From Somniosus microcephalus (Eukaryota), in contig CM126224.1 of the NCBI GenBank assembly GCA_052327205.1, positions 17,112,001-17,176,000 on the forward strand: 64,000 nucleotides of DNA, read 5' to 3'. The first letter of the stretch is position 1; every line of letters begins with the position of its first letter. Below the pieces are notes generated by a model, which saw only the letters and a program-made list of their open reading frames with translations, searched no databases and was not told the DNA's origin. This document shows, in pieces, positions 62,236 through 64,000 of the stretch. A program made the translations under genes and the position numbers.

Positions 62236-64000
62236 CTGAATAGCCAGAAAGAAAGAATAAAAAATGGTCGATGACTATCTAACACTGGGTTTCTCCTTCC
62301 CAGGAAATAGGAACCTTTGAAGTGCTAAATATCAGTTGATTACTGTATATTATCAAAAAAATTATGTTCTGCAAATATCCAATACTAGAGAAATGTACAG
62401 AATCATAGAACTCCCCGACCCGAGAGTATGTAAAATAATTTTACTGTGATCTTGGTACAGTCACTGTCAAGATCCTCCTTCAGCATTCAAAGTCAACCGG
62501 CCAATAGGTTTATTACTAAATAGGCAACTTGTTTGTAAATCTGTATGAATTTGCTAAATTGAGGACTATTCTATGGTTCTGTACTTTAAAAAACAACTTT
62601 ATATTAATCAGAAAGCTGCAGAAAATCACATTTGGAAAATGTTACTGTCAGCACTAGTATATATTTTGAGTGGCAAGAGATATTTAGTACCCAAAATAGT
62701 TTTAGAAAGTTAGTGTAGGAGTAGCCCTTAATTGCAAAATAGGCAACTTAGTGTAGAGGATAATACACCCACTTAACTTTTGTAGCAGCAAATTTTACAC
62801 CCAGTGTTGCCAGAACTGTGGCAAATTCTCCAAACAGAGACTGGTGTTGTACCCTCAAACTGCAGAGTGAGTATTTTATCCACTATTCCAACAGGGTGGT
62901 CAATTAGGACATATAATTCCATAAAGCAAAGGAATTAAAATTGATTAGTCTGCCATAGAGTTTTCATTGTTAAAACAGCAGACCCAGGTCAACCCAATCA
63001 ATTATCAACCCAAATTAACTGGGTAATTGCTTAGTCTCCAATCTGTACAAGTATTAGGTGTATATCATTCAAGATTAATGTAGCACATACTACAGAAGGA
63101 ACAATGAGGGGCATAACTGAGCAACTGGTAGTTATATTTGCATGTACTTATCGGGAGAAATAGGTTTATAACCGATTGTTCATTTGGTATAACTAATCAG
63201 TTACAGACTTTTACTATTCTTGAAAGCCCTTTCAATATATTCTCATGCAGAAAGGCTGGAGTAGAAAGCCAATCAATCCATTTTCATTACTGCAGCCATG
63301 CGAGAGAAAGCAGTCCAATGGCCAATAGCCATTCTCCATGCAAGCAGTTATACGTGTAGCAGTGAGGCATGTTAAAGGCACATATTTTAATAAGAAGCTA
63401 CAAAGCTACACCACCAAGACCAACAACCACAGACTGCTCAACTACATGTTTGATCAATGACTGGAATACCAAGCAGCAATTCAGTATTCTGTACACACAG
63501 CTGAATCAGCTGCAGAAATTAAACAGTGTCCCACAGTTCCCTGCACTGCGAGAACGTGATTTATTCCCTGCTGTAAATGTCTTGAGTGATGCAATATGAT
63601 TGATGACTTTTCCTGTAGAGAGATGCTGGGTACTAATGTAGTAATCGTCTACTTGCACTGCAGTTGAAGAAATAGACAAAGCAGTCTCATCCTTCATCTG
63701 TGGGCACCTCAAATACAAAACTGGATGCAGCAATGCCAAGCTAGATGTCAAGACAGTGCTATGCCATCGTAGCTGTTGTAAGCCCACTGAAATTTGCGTT
63801 GAGCCTGCGAGTATAAAGCTGGGTGAAGCTATGACATCCTAGCTGTGATTGTGCATTGAAGTGTTGCAGTGCGCTGCATGCCTGGAATTGGAAGTTGCAA
63901 TAATGCTTTAGGTTTTGTGGACTACTGCAGGATGTAGTAGTGCATTGCAGATGCAATTAAGCATAAAGAAAGGGACCCACACTAGATATTTTACAAAATC

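Noticed and set aside
63506-63956. Minus-strand ORFs of 93 and 65 aa as RAPGEF1 exons
   Set aside because: No similarity to C3G that I recognise and no consistent splice boundaries.

Overview
Eukaryotic (vertebrate) genomic DNA. The repeat content (CR1/HER1-type LINEs, Deu-domain tRNA SINEs, L2, Penelope-like fragments) suggests a cartilaginous fish; this is inference. The window holds the 3' ends of two convergent intron-rich genes. NUP188 is on the + strand (last 5 coding exons, stop at 11244). RAPGEF1/C3G is on the - strand (last 12 coding exons covering the REM and CDC25 domains, stop at 23015). All exon junctions are in frame. Most long ORFs in the supplied track are retroelement debris or intron read-through. 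Main oddities: (1) a complete, CpG-rich 1.4-kb non-autonomous Helitron in a RAPGEF1 intron, carrying a promoter-like cassette (CRE, 3x CCAAT, GC box, splice donor, YY1, 3x NRF1) antisense to the host gene; (2) a U12 AT-AC intron in RAPGEF1; (3) a candidate 24-nt frame-preserving RAPGEF1 microexon; (4) two copies of a Tc1/mariner-type MITE with RFX X-box motifs; (5) a 95-bp insertion flanked by a 13-bp direct repeat that begins at a degenerate Penelope-type hammerhead core. Repeat boundaries are approximate unless stated. Gene and family calls rest on recalled sequences, not on searches.
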